From NCBI RefSeq assembly GCF_001412615.1, contig NZ_CP013011.1:990001-1022000 (forward strand): DNA of 32,000 nucleotides. Reading direction: 5' to 3'. This DNA comes from Pyrodictium delaneyi. Lineage in GTDB: Archaea; Thermoproteota; Thermoprotei_A; Sulfolobales; Pyrodictiaceae. Position numbers and translations under genes: made by a program. How positions within the stretch are numbered: position 1 is the first letter of the stretch; each line of letters starts with the position of its first letter. Below are positions 1 to 11,491 of the stretch, in pieces. Under the pieces are notes generated by a model. It did no database searches. It was not told the DNA's origin and saw only the letters and a list, made by a program, of their open reading frames with translations.

Positions 1-2
1 GA

Positions 3-212
3 CTACAAGGACGTAACGATTTTGGCAGAATAGGTTATGGAGGCCCATGCCCGCCCTCCGGCGATCGACCGCACCGCTACGTGTTTCTCATCATAGCCCT
101 TGATGTGGATAATCTAGGAATAGAGCCTGGTGCCCCTTGCCGTACCATCCTCGAAGCCGCTAGAGGGCATGTAGTCGGCTACGGGTACACCTACGGCGTG
201 TATGGCAGGTAG
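3..212 (+). CDS. PEBP / YbhB-YbcL family protein, C-terminal fragment (5' end outside window)
   Basis: Frame 3 is open from the window edge: [43 protein letters not shown]...GVYGR, with stop TAG at 210-212. The [15 protein letters not shown] pattern is the PEBP signature. It is missing from the ORF track because it has no start in the window. Confidence 0.7.
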   Translation, partial: LQGRNDFGRIGYGGPCPPSGDRPHRYVFLIIALDVDNLGIEPGAPCRTILEAARGHVVGYGYTYGVYGR

Positions 213-222
213 CTTCTAAGTG

Positions 223-498
223 TTAGCCGCCTGAAGCAGGAGGCAAGATTGCTATCTCATCGCCGTCGGATACTGAAGTATCTCTAGATGCACTATGTCC
301 ATTAACCGTGTATATCACCGTGAGGCCGCGCTCTTCCAGCTCTTTCACCAGTTTTTGGAGGCGTGGATACTCCTCGAAAAGCTTGGCTATGGCTTCACCG
401 AGCGTGACCTTGTCATTGTTTATCTCTATCTCTACCTCACCCTTCCCGTTCACCGCTTCACGTAGGAGAGATACTAGCTTGATCTTCACCTTAGCCAT
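223..498 (-). CDS. MoaD/ThiS-family ubiquitin-like beta-grasp protein (SAMP-like) with C-terminal GG
   Basis: 91 aa ending ...DGDEIAILPPASGG, the typical MoaD/ThiS/SAMP C-terminus. Size and charge pattern fit. Confidence 0.8.
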   Translation of the reverse strand: MAKVKIKLVSLLREAVNGKGEVEIEINNDKVTLGEAIAKLFEEYPRLQKLVKELEERGLTVIYTVNGHSASRDTSVSDGDEIAILPPASGG

Positions 499-710
499 TG
501 CATATCACCACGACGGTTTTTGGACTAGAGTTCTTCTGTTATTAGTGCCCCCAGCAGCCACGATTATATTCGACTCCTCTCGTACAACACCGCTGTGTGA
601 ACGACGGCACCGTTATAGTCGAATTCTTGCTTGCGTAGGTTGGCTGAGAAAAGAGCACCACATAGAAGGCTGTGCATGTAAGGAGTAGCAAAGACGGGTG
701 AACCACAACC

Positions 711-1109
711 ATGTATGGCGACGAACTAGACTTCTATACTAAAATGTACAACGAAATAGAGAGGCTACGTAAGGAGGGTGTCGTAGAATATGTTACGAGC
801 TATGATAGGTTTCGTGAAATAATAGAAAATCACCCAGTAGTCGTAGCTGTTTTCACAACTCCTACCTGCAGTGCATGCATGATATATAAGCCAATATTCT
901 ACATGGTTGCAGAGAAGCTCAGAGATAAGGCTAAGTGGATAGAAGTAGACGCCTATGAGGCTCCAGAAGCAGCGTTTGAATCCGGCGTAACAGCTACACC
1001 TACAACCATAGTGTATGTTGATGGAGAGGCCGTTGACGGCTTCGTGGGAATACTGGATGAAGAGGGACTTGTGGAGATAGTAAAACAGTATGTTGAAGAG
1101 CAGAGTTAG
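711..1109 (+). CDS. thioredoxin-fold protein (CxxC)
   Basis: VVAVFTTPTCSACMIYKP contains a CSAC redox motif. A downstream TPT (cis-Pro region) and the ...VDG..VDGFVG layout are typical of thioredoxins. Confidence 0.75.
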   Translation: MYGDELDFYTKMYNEIERLRKEGVVEYVTSYDRFREIIENHPVVVAVFTTPTCSACMIYKPIFYMVAEKLRDKAKWIEVDAYEAPEAAFESGVTATPTTIVYVDGEAVDGFVGILDEEGLVEIVKQYVEEQS

Positions 1110-1138
1110 CCGCCGAGTCTTTTCCTTACACCCAGTAA

Positions 1139-2717
<1,579 letters not shown>

Positions 2718-3022
2718 ACCCCACTCATCCGCGACGCCCGAGAATGGCCACGAACACTGTTAAAATACTTACCAGCAACGATACGAATTGCCTACGTAAG
2801 TTCTACAACAACACGAATGCTGGAAAAACACAAACACTGTACAGTCTAGTTCTTAGCTGAAGCGAACATCATAGAGGCAGGCACGCTGTAGAACCGGACA
2901 ACCGACCGGAACTCAGAAGAAGACATGAGACCTCTAGGAGCAGCCAAGCTACAATATAGTTAGAAGACACAGAAGAACCATGATAATGAGACCATAACGC
3001 ACTTACTGTTTTTAGATAATTG

Positions 3023-3113
3023 TGGCGCCGGGGGCGGGATTTGAACCCGCGCGGCCTCGACGGCCACCGGCTCTCCAGGCCGGCCCCTTGGTCCGCTCGG
3101 GCACCCCGGCGCC
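3023..3113 (-). tRNA. tRNA-Ser (anticodon GGA), long variable arm, no encoded CCA
   Basis: The minus strand reads GGCGCCGGGGTGCCCGAGCGGACCAAGGGGCCGGCCTGGAGAGCCGGTGGCCGTCGAGGCCGCGCGGGTTCAAATCCCGCCCCCGGCGCCA. It has a 7-bp acceptor stem (GGCGCCG/CGGCGCC), an anticodon stem CCGGC/GCCGG with loop CTGGAGA, a long extra arm and a GGGTTCAAATCCC T-arm. Confidence 0.85.
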
Positions 3114-3164
3114 CAGAGGGCCTCTGGGCCCCGTGTAGAGGTAGTGGCTCTGGAGGGTAGAGGG

Positions 3165-3812
3165 TTATTGGTTTTCCCCGCGGGGCTCCCGGCTTTGTTT
3201 CTTCGCGTAGAGTATCGTGTAGCCCTTCTTCCTGAGGGCTACCCGGGCGTCTCCAAACACGTCCATCATGAGTTCTAGTGCCCGGTTAGCTCCCTTCCTC
3301 ATAACGAGTTGTAGTGTGCCACCCTGGGCCAGGTGGCGTGGCGCCCCACGTATTATCTCCTCTATCGTGGCCATCCCTGCTGCTAACGGGGGATTGGAGA
3401 TTATCACATTGAATTCCATACCCTCTACCGGTTCGTATAGGTTGCCGTGTAGCACCGTGACTCGGTCATCAACTCCGTTATGGCGGGCGTTGAGCTTTGC
3501 CAGCTCTACGGCCCGGGGGTTTATGTCAACCATTACTACGCGCAGGCCTGGATAAGCCTTGGCTAGTGTTATCCCTATTGCTCCGTAGCCACAGCCTAGG
3601 TCGAGTACTACACCCTTATCTGGTACCTCGGCGTGCTCTATGAGGAGCCGGGTGCCTGTGTCCACCTCGTCGGGGGAGAAGACGTCGCTGGACACGTAGA
3701 ACTCTACTGTGACGCCGCGTATGTGGTCGCTTATCAGTCTCCGGGGACCGCGGCGGCTCCGTGGACGATAGTAGTGGCCTGAGGTCAACGCTTCTTCTCC
3801 CGCTGCTTCCAT
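3165..3812 (-). CDS. class I SAM-dependent methyltransferase, small-domain RsmC/RlmG-like (NPPL motif)
   Basis: [14 protein letters not shown]...[16 protein letters not shown]...[15 protein letters not shown]...VIISNPPL. The true start may be internal, because the listed start overlaps the cbf5 3' end by 28 nt. Confidence 0.8.
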   Translation of the reverse strand: MEAAGEEALTSGHYYRPRSRRGPRRLISDHIRGVTVEFYVSSDVFSPDEVDTGTRLLIEHAEVPDKGVVLDLGCGYGAIGITLAKAYPGLRVVMVDINPRAVELAKLNARHNGVDDRVTVLHGNLYEPVEGMEFNVIISNPPLAAGMATIEEIIRGAPRHLAQGGTLQLVMRKGANRALELMMDVFGDARVALRKKGYTILYAKKQSREPRGENQ

Positions 3813-4858
3813 GCCTTGGGGTAGACGCCCGGCTTCATTATAACGCGGCGGATCTTCACCGCTATGCCGCGCCGCGCCTTTGCCATCTCCTCGCTGCTCA
3901 TCTGCGCGACACCAACTGCTACAAGCTCACCCTTGAGTGTAAAGAGCGCCACTAGGTCTCCGCGCCTGATGCCTTCATGCAGCCTCACTATGCCGGGTAC
4001 TGCCAGGTTCGCGCCGTGGGCTATCGCGTCTACTGCTGTATCACGTATCACTATCTTGGGGAGGTGGCTTACCGCGTACTCTACTGGCTTTATGTACTTC
4101 CTTAGGAGGTCCTCTTTGCCCTCGTTACGCCACCGGTAGTGTGCTTCGCTTAGGTCCTGAAGCCGCACCAGACCATGTTGCTCGCGGAAGGGACCGCTCT
4201 TGGTGCGGCGTAGCTCCCTCATGTGAGCGCCCACGCCTAGTATGAGTCCTACGTCGTGGCAGAGCTTCCTCATGTAGGTGCCTGCCTCGCAGAACACCCT
4301 CATCAAGGCGTAGCGGCCGTTATACTCTAGGAGTTCTATCTCGTAGATCTTCTTAGTCCTTAGGCTCCTCTTTACACTGCTCCTTAGGGGTGGCCTCTGG
4401 TAGATCTCACCTACGAACATTTCCAGCGCGCGGCGTAGGTCTTGCTCGGGTACGGGCTTGTGTAGCTGCATTACACACATGTACTCCTTGCCGGTGTGGA
4501 CTACTAGGCCTATGACCTTCGTAGCCTCCTCCAAGGCTACAGGTAGAACGCCGGTGACCTTCGGGTCTAGCGTGCCACCATGTCCTGCCTTGGAAAGGCC
4601 AAACATCCTCTTTATCCAGGCTACTACTTCGTGACTTGTAGGCCCCGGCGGCTTGTCTAGCGCTACTACACCGAGCCTTATGTACTGTTCTATAGGCCTC
4701 CTCCAGGGCAGTGTGCCATAGTCTGGACTGGTCTCCTCCTCGAGCTTTACTATCCAGTGGCGCTCAAGCCCTGCAAACCGATCAAGTTCTTCTATAAACT
4801 CTAGACCTTGCCGGGTTAGGCTACTCGACATAGCGGCGTTACCCTCCCCTTCAGCCAT
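3785..4858 (-). CDS. cbf5: H/ACA RNP pseudouridine synthase Cbf5 (TruB family with C-terminal PUA domain)
   Basis: The [16 protein letters not shown] TruB catalytic motif, a C-terminal PUA-like region ([22 protein letters not shown]) and the conserved position next to rpl14e. Confidence 0.92.
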   Translation of the reverse strand: MAEGEGNAAMSSSLTRQGLEFIEELDRFAGLERHWIVKLEEETSPDYGTLPWRRPIEQYIRLGVVALDKPPGPTSHEVVAWIKRMFGLSKAGHGGTLDPKVTGVLPVALEEATKVIGLVVHTGKEYMCVMQLHKPVPEQDLRRALEMFVGEIYQRPPLRSSVKRSLRTKKIYEIELLEYNGRYALMRVFCEAGTYMRKLCHDVGLILGVGAHMRELRRTKSGPFREQHGLVRLQDLSEAHYRWRNEGKEDLLRKYIKPVEYAVSHLPKIVIRDTAVDAIAHGANLAVPGIVRLHEGIRRGDLVALFTLKGELVAVGVAQMSSEEMAKARRGIAVKIRRVIMKPGVYPKAWKQREKKR

Positions 4859-5079
4859 CTATGTCCTAGTAGAGGGCCTGGCCCCCTATAACTCCCCAGT
4901 ATACGCACCACAGCTGTACAGGAAGCAGGAGGAAACGTAGAGGCCCGGTATACGGTGCAGAGAGCTGTAGGAGGAGCTGCTAGAAGCTGTCGGCATGCCC
5001 CGGAGAGGAGCCGGGACGCGGAAAGGCTGGCTGAGGAGACAAGAGTCAAGGAGGAAACGCTGTAGCCGCTGGCCGCGGG

Positions 5080-5376
5080 CTAGAGTAGCCCGGGTTTTAG
5101 CTCGACGCGTACACGTTCCTTCATGAAGTCTAGTAGCCCTGCCTCTTCTAGGGCCTTCTTTACCTCCTCGTCGCTGGCACCTGGCTCTATGTTTATCTTT
5201 TCCGGGAGCACCTCAATGTGGTTTATGTTGGCACGCCTCCTCTTGACGCCTGAGACGTCCTTAGGCCCAGTTATCACGACGAAATTGTCGTCAATTATCT
5301 CTACTATTACACACTTCCTGCCCGCCTCGCGGCCACGGAGCTTTACGCAGAGACGGCCTACCTCTATCGCGGGCAT
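5080..5376 (-). CDS. rpl14e: 50S ribosomal protein L14e (eL14)
   Basis: [39 protein letters not shown]...[12 protein letters not shown] shows the KOW-like eL14 pattern. The cmk-rpl14e-cbf5 neighbourhood is conserved. Confidence 0.87.
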   Translation of the reverse strand: MPAIEVGRLCVKLRGREAGRKCVIVEIIDDNFVVITGPKDVSGVKRRRANINHIEVLPEKINIEPGASDEEVKKALEEAGLLDFMKERVRVELKPGLL

Positions 5377-5429
5377 CGCTTCTCTACCCCCAGCCTAAGG
5401 GCCACCAGGGGTCTGAGCTTCTTTAAGCC

Positions 5430-6026
5430 TTACCGGCTACAAGCTTCAATCTTGAACCCCTTCCTCGCAAGTAGCCGGCACGTATACGTCTTTATCACGT
5501 TGTACGCCTCGTCAACACTTAGCGGCTCGGTGTCGAGTACTAGGTTGAATATCTGCAGGTTGTTGACATCTATCCCGTAGTAGTCTAGGAAGCGGCGCCA
5601 ATGCATGTACTCTCTCGCGACAGTCTCGCGATAGACCTCGTCTAGGGGCCTGTTTTCGCGCGCCGCTATGCGCCTTATCCGGACGTCTAGTGGCGCCGTA
5701 ACGTAGATCCTTACATCAGCAACACTTCCCAGAACCCATGCCACGAGGTGGCCCTCGAGGACTACTCCTCCGCGACAGCCTATCTCTAGTGTCCTCGAGT
5801 CTATTTCTAGATCTATACTCGGATCCTCCGAAGCTATCCGGTTCAGCTCCTCTATGCTTACCCCGCGTTCCCGTGCCACCATCCGGAAAATCATACCCGC
5901 CGAGTAGTACTCGAGACCTAGCTCCTCGGCTAGCCGACGAGCATATGTTGTTTTACCGCTGCCCGGAGGCCCGCTAACAGCTATTGTAGGACCCCTCTTG
6001 TTAGTACTGCATCTCCGTACGATCAA
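5430..6026 (-). CDS. cmk: cytidylate kinase, archaeal type
   Basis: P-loop IAVSGPPGSGKTTYARRLAEELGL.YYSAG..FR, about 190 aa, with conserved rpl34e-cmk-rpl14e context. There is no ATG before the P-loop, so the start must be non-ATG (TTG at 6026). Confidence 0.87.
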   Translation of the reverse strand: MIVRRCSTNKRGPTIAVSGPPGSGKTTYARRLAEELGLEYYSAGMIFRMVARERGVSIEELNRIASEDPSIDLEIDSRTLEIGCRGGVVLEGHLVAWVLGSVADVRIYVTAPLDVRIRRIAARENRPLDEVYRETVAREYMHWRRFLDYYGIDVNNLQIFNLVLDTEPLSVDEAYNVIKTYTCRLLARKGFKIEACSR

Positions 6027-6266
6027 GCCGCCCCTCCGACCCCCATGCCGCTAAGCAGGCTAACGAGCTAATAATGATTGTAACCGCTACTACCTCTATC
6101 CATCCACAAATAAGAAGTACACAGCTCTCAGTCCTTGGTGTACACTATGCCCTGAAAGTAGAAACTGAGAAGAGTCAAGAACGCTATGCGGAGAAGGAAA
6201 GAGCCCTTGCTCTACAACATTCTGGCCAGGAAATACATGAAGCGCTACTGTTCAGCAAGAGGCGCG

Positions 6267-6569
6267 TTATTGCTGCCGGCTAGCCTGCAACTGCTGGAGC
6301 AACTGCGTCCTAATAGTCTTCTTTAGCAGTTTTGTCAAGCATTTCGGGCATAGTACACCGCCATACATACGTTCGGGGCGCTTAGCCGTCTTAGGCAGCT
6401 TACGTAGCTCTACCGGACGTAGCCTCGGCACACCATTGAGCGGACTACCACATATAGCGCACTTGGCAGGCCCTGGCCTCCGCTTCTCGTAGTGTATACG
6501 CGTCTCGCCGCCCGGGGTGCGAACGAATACCCTCCTTAGAGAGCGGCTCCTATACCTAGGCCTGGGCAT
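6267..6569 (-). CDS. rpl34e: 50S ribosomal protein L34e (eL34)
   Basis: [48 protein letters not shown], the eL34 N-terminus with a zinc-ribbon Cys pair. Confidence 0.9.
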   Translation of the reverse strand: MPRPRYRSRSLRRVFVRTPGGETRIHYEKRRPGPAKCAICGSPLNGVPRLRPVELRKLPKTAKRPERMYGGVLCPKCLTKLLKKTIRTQLLQQLQASRQQ

Positions 6570-6607
6570 CCCTTGTCCACACCTCGCGCTATAGGCTCCC
6601 CGGGGCT

Positions 6608-7099
6608 CTAGCTGGTCTGCTGCCGGGCTTTCTTAAGCATTAGTATTCCTACGAGGTCGTACTGTATAATGGGCAGCGAGATTAGGAATGTAAGTGCTGC
6701 CAGGAGGCTCGGCACTGTCACACATACATCAGAGTCTCCGGGAACTAGCGTCAAGACGGGTATACAACACAGCGACGGGAGCGGTATGGGACGCATTGTG
6801 AAGACTGTTATAGCGCCAAGATATACAGGAGTCAAGAGCCCCAAGCGGAGTAGCGTATATCGACGTACCATCCCTTGGAGTGATGCTATACGAGAGTATA
6901 GTTTCCCCGCACGCCGTCTAACCCGCTTATCAGTGGCATGTTCGATGTTCCGGAAATCACTGACTATCTGCTCTAGCTCAGCCCTCGCGTTAAGATAAGA
7001 GGAGCCTGCTATGCGGTAGAATAGGTACTCCGCGACAAGGACCCCGATAATAGCGAGCATTACCACATAGACCTCGTAAACAAGGATACTGGTAACCAT
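6608..7099 (-). CDS. conserved membrane protein at the adk-rpl34e position, possibly a DUF106/EMC3-like (Oxa1-superfamily) protein
   Basis: The topology reads as TM1, then a basic helical linker ([35 protein letters not shown]), then two more hydrophobic segments. In many archaea the gene after secY-adk is the DUF106 family. The family call rests on position and architecture only. Confidence 0.55.
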   Translation of the reverse strand: MVTSILVYEVYVVMLAIIGVLVAEYLFYRIAGSSYLNARAELEQIVSDFRNIEHATDKRVRRRAGKLYSRIASLQGMVRRYTLLRLGLLTPVYLGAITVFTMRPIPLPSLCCIPVLTLVPGDSDVCVTVPSLLAALTFLISLPIIQYDLVGILMLKKARQQTS

Positions 7100-7188
7100 A
7101 TACTACATCAGCCCCTCTGAAGGACTCGGGAAGCTTCTGGGCTTACATCAAGGTCAAGGCAACGTCATAAAAAGCATGTAGAACTAAG

Positions 7189-7806
7189 CTAGCGTAGTTT
7201 TAGCGCTAGCTCCACTATTTTCTGTGCGGCTATACCAGGATCGCCCTCCACGTTCTCGACGAGATAGACACTAGCAGCGACGCGTACAGCGCTAGCCATT
7301 GCAGCTACACGCGCCATCTCTATGAGCAGCTTTATGGCCTCCACATTACCTATGTCACTCCTTACTCGGCCCTTGTCGCGCTGCTGCCGCGCCAGGATTA
7401 TCTCCGGTGCAGCCTCAACTAGGACTATGGAGTCTGGACGGAGTTCTTTTACAACATTCTCTGGCAGTCCCGGCCAGTATCCCGTAGAAGTCTTTATCAC
7501 GGCATGTGTATCGATGAATAGGAACCCTTTCTCTGATAGCTTCTGCTCGGCGTCGCGGCGTATACTCTCTGCCGCCATCTCCTGGAGCTCAAGCTGCTTA
7601 CGGAGCGGGAGGTGCCTCATCTCATCACGGTGTTTTACGAGCCCCTGCTCCGAAGCCACACGAAACATATAGTCGCCAAAGTTTACTACAAGTACTTGCT
7701 CGCCATTATTCTTCATTATTTCTACAACCTTGCCAAGAACTGTAGTTTTTCCTACGCCAGGTACACCGGTCACCACTACAGTTACGAAGGGGTTGCGCAG
7801 CACCAT
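7189..7806 (-). CDS. adkA: adenylate kinase, archaeal type
   Basis: VVVTGVPGVGKTTV P-loop, about 200 aa, immediately downstream of secY as in most archaea. Confidence 0.88.
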   Translation of the reverse strand: MVLRNPFVTVVVTGVPGVGKTTVLGKVVEIMKNNGEQVLVVNFGDYMFRVASEQGLVKHRDEMRHLPLRKQLELQEMAAESIRRDAEQKLSEKGFLFIDTHAVIKTSTGYWPGLPENVVKELRPDSIVLVEAAPEIILARQQRDKGRVRSDIGNVEAIKLLIEMARVAAMASAVRVAASVYLVENVEGDPGIAAQKIVELALKLR

Positions 7807-7969
7807 GTCCTACCTACCCCGCATTACTCTCTGGAGGCTGAGCTGTGAAGCCTAGAGATGCAAACACGCTGCTGCGGGTTGAAGGCTGAGCTGGATACAT
7901 TCTGTATGCTAAACTGTTGAGGAATCGGGCCACGCTAGGCCCACTCTGTCGGCCTGGAGCCGGTGTTAT

Positions 7970-7975
7970 AAAAAA
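7970..7975 (-). terminator. oligo-T tract (T6) just after the secY stop
   Basis: The minus strand reads TAA-gtggtctaaTTTTTTataac, with the T6 run starting about 9 nt after the stop (7985-7987). Archaeal termination typically uses oligo-T. The same TTTTTTATAA could also act as a TATA-like box. Confidence 0.35.
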
Positions 7976-7984
7976 TTAGACCAC

Positions 7985-9427
7985 TTATTCGCCTATTAGC
8001 CTCTGCAGCATCGGGTACATCTCTAGTGTTCTCTCATATGCTAGCGCCTGGTAGAAGTTATACACTATACCTACCAGCAGTACCAGTCCGGAGCCTGTAC
8101 CATACGCGCCGAATATGTCAGCGAGAACCGCTATGCCAGCAACTAGTAGCGAGCTAATTACTGTCAACGGGTATATGTACTTAGCGAGTATCTTCTCGAG
8201 TAGCTTCACGTTCCGGCGAAGCCCTGGCAACTCCATACCAGACTTTATCAAGTTCTCTGCCTGCTGTCTCGGGCTCAGCCCTGCTATCTCGACCCAGATG
8301 AAGCCGAAGAATAGGCCGAGTAGCAGCCATGCTATGACAAATATCACTGTACGTAGGGGGTCGGCTGCCGCTTCGAGGAGTCCTCTGGGCGGGCTTACAT
8401 AGTGGTAAAGTACTGCTAGGCCCTTGGCTATTGCACTGTCGGGGCCCGTGATGCCTGCTATCATCTGGTAGAATACTGCTATGTCAGATACTACTATACC
8501 GACGAAGAGTATAGGTATGTTTGTCACGTAGATGAAGTTTAGTGGGATCCTAGTCTTTATGCTGCCGTAGCGTGGGCTTGTCACCGGTATGTAGACCCTC
8601 ATTAGCTGGAAGTAAGCCAATATCATTATGATTGCTATTGTGGCTAGGAAGCCCACGAAGTCCGGGAGACCATGGCGAAGTATTGCAAAGTCGCCTGTCT
8701 TTATCACGTGTGCTAGCCAGCCATAGTAGTCTACCTGGTTCTCACCAACCGGTACAGGGACGGGGCCTGCAAACTGCCAGGCAAGGCCCTTTACGACGTT
8801 AGCTACAATGAAGAGGCTTAGCGCCGAGCCTATACCCCATCCATTGCGTACTAGCTCATCGAACCACATCAATATGAGCGTCGCGAACGCTAGTTGCGCA
8901 ACCACTAGTAGCTTTATTCCGGTACCTACAGGACAGCCGCCGCCACCTAGTGTTGTCACCCAGAACTGACAGCCTACAGCATAAGCTGCTGCCTCGAGCA
9001 CAGCGAATAGGAGGGCAAGAGTACGCTGCGCACCCATGAATATCTTTCTATCACGGGGCTTAGTGAGATCCATCTGGATTAAACCGCCACCAACTAGCAC
9101 CTCAAGGACTATACCAGCTGTCACTATGGGGCCTATACCAAGCGTCATCAACGATCCAATGTTCATACCCAGGATTAATGATGCGAGAGCTTGGCTAGCC
9201 TGCTGCTGCTGATATCCCAGCACACCAAGCAGAGGTATCTCGCTCATTATGAGGTATAGTAAGACGACTATGCCGGTCCATGCCAGTCTAGTAGGAAGAG
9301 GCGGGCGGCGAGCAGGCTTTTCCACTGCCGGGATATACCGTGAGACTGCAGCGAGCGCCTCCAGTACACCCATTGCGAGCGTCGCCCCCAGGCCAGGCGA
9401 AGCTCCCGTCCAGCTTAAAAGAGCCAC
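7985..9427 (-). CDS. secY: preprotein translocase subunit SecY
   Basis: 480-aa polytopic membrane protein with the SecY/Sec61alpha pattern (PLLGV..., GIGPIVTAGIVLEVL, ...YIPVTSPRYG...). The rpl15-secY-adk context is canonical. Confidence 0.95.
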   Translation of the reverse strand: MALLSWTGASPGLGATLAMGVLEALAAVSRYIPAVEKPARRPPLPTRLAWTGIVVLLYLIMSEIPLLGVLGYQQQQASQALASLILGMNIGSLMTLGIGPIVTAGIVLEVLVGGGLIQMDLTKPRDRKIFMGAQRTLALLFAVLEAAAYAVGCQFWVTTLGGGGCPVGTGIKLLVVAQLAFATLILMWFDELVRNGWGIGSALSLFIVANVVKGLAWQFAGPVPVPVGENQVDYYGWLAHVIKTGDFAILRHGLPDFVGFLATIAIIMILAYFQLMRVYIPVTSPRYGSIKTRIPLNFIYVTNIPILFVGIVVSDIAVFYQMIAGITGPDSAIAKGLAVLYHYVSPPRGLLEAAADPLRTVIFVIAWLLLGLFFGFIWVEIAGLSPRQQAENLIKSGMELPGLRRNVKLLEKILAKYIYPLTVISSLLVAGIAVLADIFGAYGTGSGLVLLVGIVYNFYQALAYERTLEMYPMLQRLIGE

Positions 9428-9672
9428 CGACTAGGCTTCCAGCGTTTCCGATTACTCAATACTGTCATACTAAAAACAACCAATGGAGCTAATCAAGCTG
9501 AAGCGGCTCATACCAAGTACTAAGGTATAGTAATATTCATAGAAGACCTTGCAGGGTAAAACGGGTCCAAGAAATAGTACACCACCAGGCCCAAGTTAGG
9601 GCAGAAAGAGACCTAGCAGAGGCAGAGCTGGATGATGGAACTAAAAGCCGGGGAAAGGATTCTTAGTTAGGG

Positions 9673-10140
9673 TTAGTTCTCCTCGTTATTTAAGACTACT
9701 ACTTCGCCGCCAGCTGCTTCAATCTTGCGTATAGCTGATTCACTGGCCGCTGGTACTATTACCTTCACAGGCTTTGTTATGCTTCCGCGGCCTAGCAATT
9801 TGTTGTAGCCTAGACTAGCAAGGTTTACTACTATCTTTCCGCCCTCCTCGCTAGCCTTGCCCTCACGGAGCCATACGTCAAGTTTCTCTGCTAGCTCACC
9901 CACGTTTATCTCGTTCACTTTGACCTCATAGGTTAGTGGCCTATTGAAGCCGTGTTTGCCGAACCATGTAGGAGCATACTTCACTACCCATGTCCACATG
10001 TGCTTGTGCATACCGGCAGCTCCAAAACCGCCGCGGCTACCACTGCCGCGGTGCTGGCCTATGCGGCCCCAGCCCATTGTCCTAGTGCGGCCACGTAGAC
10101 GTCTACTCTTCTTCCTGCGGCGGACAACCATTGCCCACAC
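9673..10140 (-). CDS. rpl15: 50S ribosomal protein L15 (uL15)
   Basis: RRRKKSRRLRGRTRTMGWGRIGQHRGSGSRGGFGAAGMHKH. The start is probably the internal M at 10131. Confidence 0.9.
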   Translation of the reverse strand: MWAMVVRRRKKSRRLRGRTRTMGWGRIGQHRGSGSRGGFGAAGMHKHMWTWVVKYAPTWFGKHGFNRPLTYEVKVNEINVGELAEKLDVWLREGKASEEGGKIVVNLASLGYNKLLGRGSITKPVKVIVPAASESAIRKIEAAGGEVVVLNNEEN

Positions 10141-10177
10141 CCAGAGCGTTCTCCGCTGGCTCCCGGGCCGGGAGTGG

Positions 10178-10777
10178 TTAGAGCATTCTCTTTATAAGCT
10201 CGTTTATGCCAGCACCTCTGTAGCCCAGCTCGCCGCCAGCACCGTATGGCTTCTTTATGCTGCCCTTGAAGCCTCCACGTGGCGGGTGTAGTCTGAACAC
10301 AGGCTTTATTATCCATATCTTGTTCTTCTTGTCGTAGAGCTTGTGTAGCATTATCTCGCCTTTTAGCAGCTTGTCCGCGAGTTCCTCGATACCACCCTGT
10401 AGACCAAGCTTCTCGCGCACATACTCGTCGGTTAGAGGCTTGTTGCCAGATACGCGGCCGCGGCGACGCAGCAGTTCTATGAGTGTCTCGCGGTCGATCT
10501 CGCCCCAGGTTACCCAGTCCTTAACCTTGTGTATCATCCTCTCTATGCCAGGTAGAGTTGACGGGTACAGTACTAGGTGGAATTTACGGTGGAGCCTTAG
10601 CAGTGATAGTGTGTATTCTACGTCGGGATGTACATCTACCCTACCGCGGAGCCGGATTATAGCATAGAGCTTTACCTGGCCCGTTGGGGCTGCCTTCTGC
10701 TCCGCAGACGCGACTGCCATTTCTTCATCCACCTCTCCGTATACGGACAAGCGTATAGCCAGGGGTTGGACAAGCAC
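10178..10777 (-). CDS. rpl30: 50S ribosomal protein L30 (uL30)
   Basis: [34 protein letters not shown]...[16 protein letters not shown]. The likely start is ATG at 10720 (MAVASAEQ...), and the upstream extension is probably not translated. Confidence 0.88.
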   Translation of the reverse strand: MLVQPLAIRLSVYGEVDEEMAVASAEQKAAPTGQVKLYAIIRLRGRVDVHPDVEYTLSLLRLHRKFHLVLYPSTLPGIERMIHKVKDWVTWGEIDRETLIELLRRRGRVSGNKPLTDEYVREKLGLQGGIEELADKLLKGEIMLHKLYDKKNKIWIIKPVFRLHPPRGGFKGSIKKPYGAGGELGYRGAGINELIKRML

Positions 10778-10837
10778 CGGTTAATTCATGGGTATTGGAA
10801 ATAAGGGCTTATAGAGGCTAGAGCGTTAGAGCCTGGT

Positions 10838-11491
10838 TTAGCTCTGCGAAGCCTGTATCCAGTCGAGCGGAGTTACGAACTTGTAGGTCTGCTTTAGCGC
10901 GTTATAGGTAGCCTTTACGAAGTTCAGCGTAGTCCTTGTGTCGCCGCGAGTGAAGCTCCACACATCTTGTATACCAGCCATCCTTAGGACTACCTTGGCT
11001 GCGTCGCCTGCTACTAGCCCTGTACCACGGGGCGCTGGCTTGAGGACCACCTCTACGCTACCACTCTTACCGCGTACTGTGAAGGGTACGCTGTGTGGCT
11101 GGTCACAGAGACACTCCCAGCTACCGCACCCACGCCGCACGGGTATTATGTTGAGCTTGGCGTTGCGTATAGCCTTCTCTATTGCTGGCCTTAGCTGCCG
11201 AGCCTTGCCCTGGCCTACGCCTACAAAGCCGTTCTCATTACCTATGACGACTACTACGCGGAACTTGTTTATGCGGCCAGCGTCAGTCATCTTCTGTACC
11301 AGTCTTACGTCAACAGTCTCGCTCTTTAGCTCTGGGCCTATCAAGTAGTCCACTATCTCGGGCTCGAGTATCGGCAGGTTACGCTCAAATATCTCGCTGA
11401 GGCTGCGTATACGACCCTCCTTTACCAACCTCCCTACGAATGTACGTGGCTTCCATTCCTGCTCGAGCTCGTAAGGCGAGAGGCTCATCAC
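10838..11491 (-). CDS. rps5: 30S ribosomal protein S5 (uS5)
   Basis: [26 protein letters not shown]...[24 protein letters not shown] 4-nt overlap with the rpl18 stop. Confidence 0.92.
   Translation of the reverse strand: MMSLSPYELEQEWKPRTFVGRLVKEGRIRSLSEIFERNLPILEPEIVDYLIGPELKSETVDVRLVQKMTDAGRINKFRVVVVIGNENGFVGVGQGKARQLRPAIEKAIRNAKLNIIPVRRGCGSWECLCDQPHSVPFTVRGKSGSVEVVLKPAPRGTGLVAGDAAKVVLRMAGIQDVWSFTRGDTRTTLNFVKATYNALKQTYKFVTPLDWIQASQS

Noticed and set aside
308-688. 126-aa plus-strand ORF, together with many similar ORFs in the track that lie antisense to confidently assigned genes (e.g. 1158-1397, 1981-2292, 3268-3555, 3864-4139, 5123-5398, 6669-6998, 7322-7672, 8115-8402, 9944-10291, 10341-10667, 10938-11348, 13347-13649, 16575-16922, 17433-17762, 18722-19066, 20005-20472, 21061-21378, 22049-22297, 26957-27295, 28259-28531, 29156-29509)
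   Set aside because: These are shadow ORFs on the opposite strand of strongly supported genes. Their composition is low-complexity and Ser/Pro/Arg/Leu-rich, typical of antisense frames in GC-biased coding DNA, and they carry no recognisable motifs.
3023-3113. tRNA-Ser as an integration (att) site for a mobile element
   Set aside because: No integrase, no partial tRNA duplicate and no compositional shift were seen nearby. The low-GC regions are more than 20 kb away.
4816-5049. 77-aa minus-strand ORF in the rpl14e-cbf5 spacer
   Set aside because: It overlaps the cbf5 5' end, has an Ala/Ser/Leu/Arg-rich low-complexity sequence, and shows no SD or motif. It is more likely a promoter and leader region for cbf5.
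6074-6283. 69-aa plus-strand ORF and possible C/D-box boxes in the rpl34e-cmk spacer
   Set aside because: The ORF lies on the opposite strand to the operon with no SD. The ATGATTG and CTGA motifs have the wrong spacing for a C/D sRNA.
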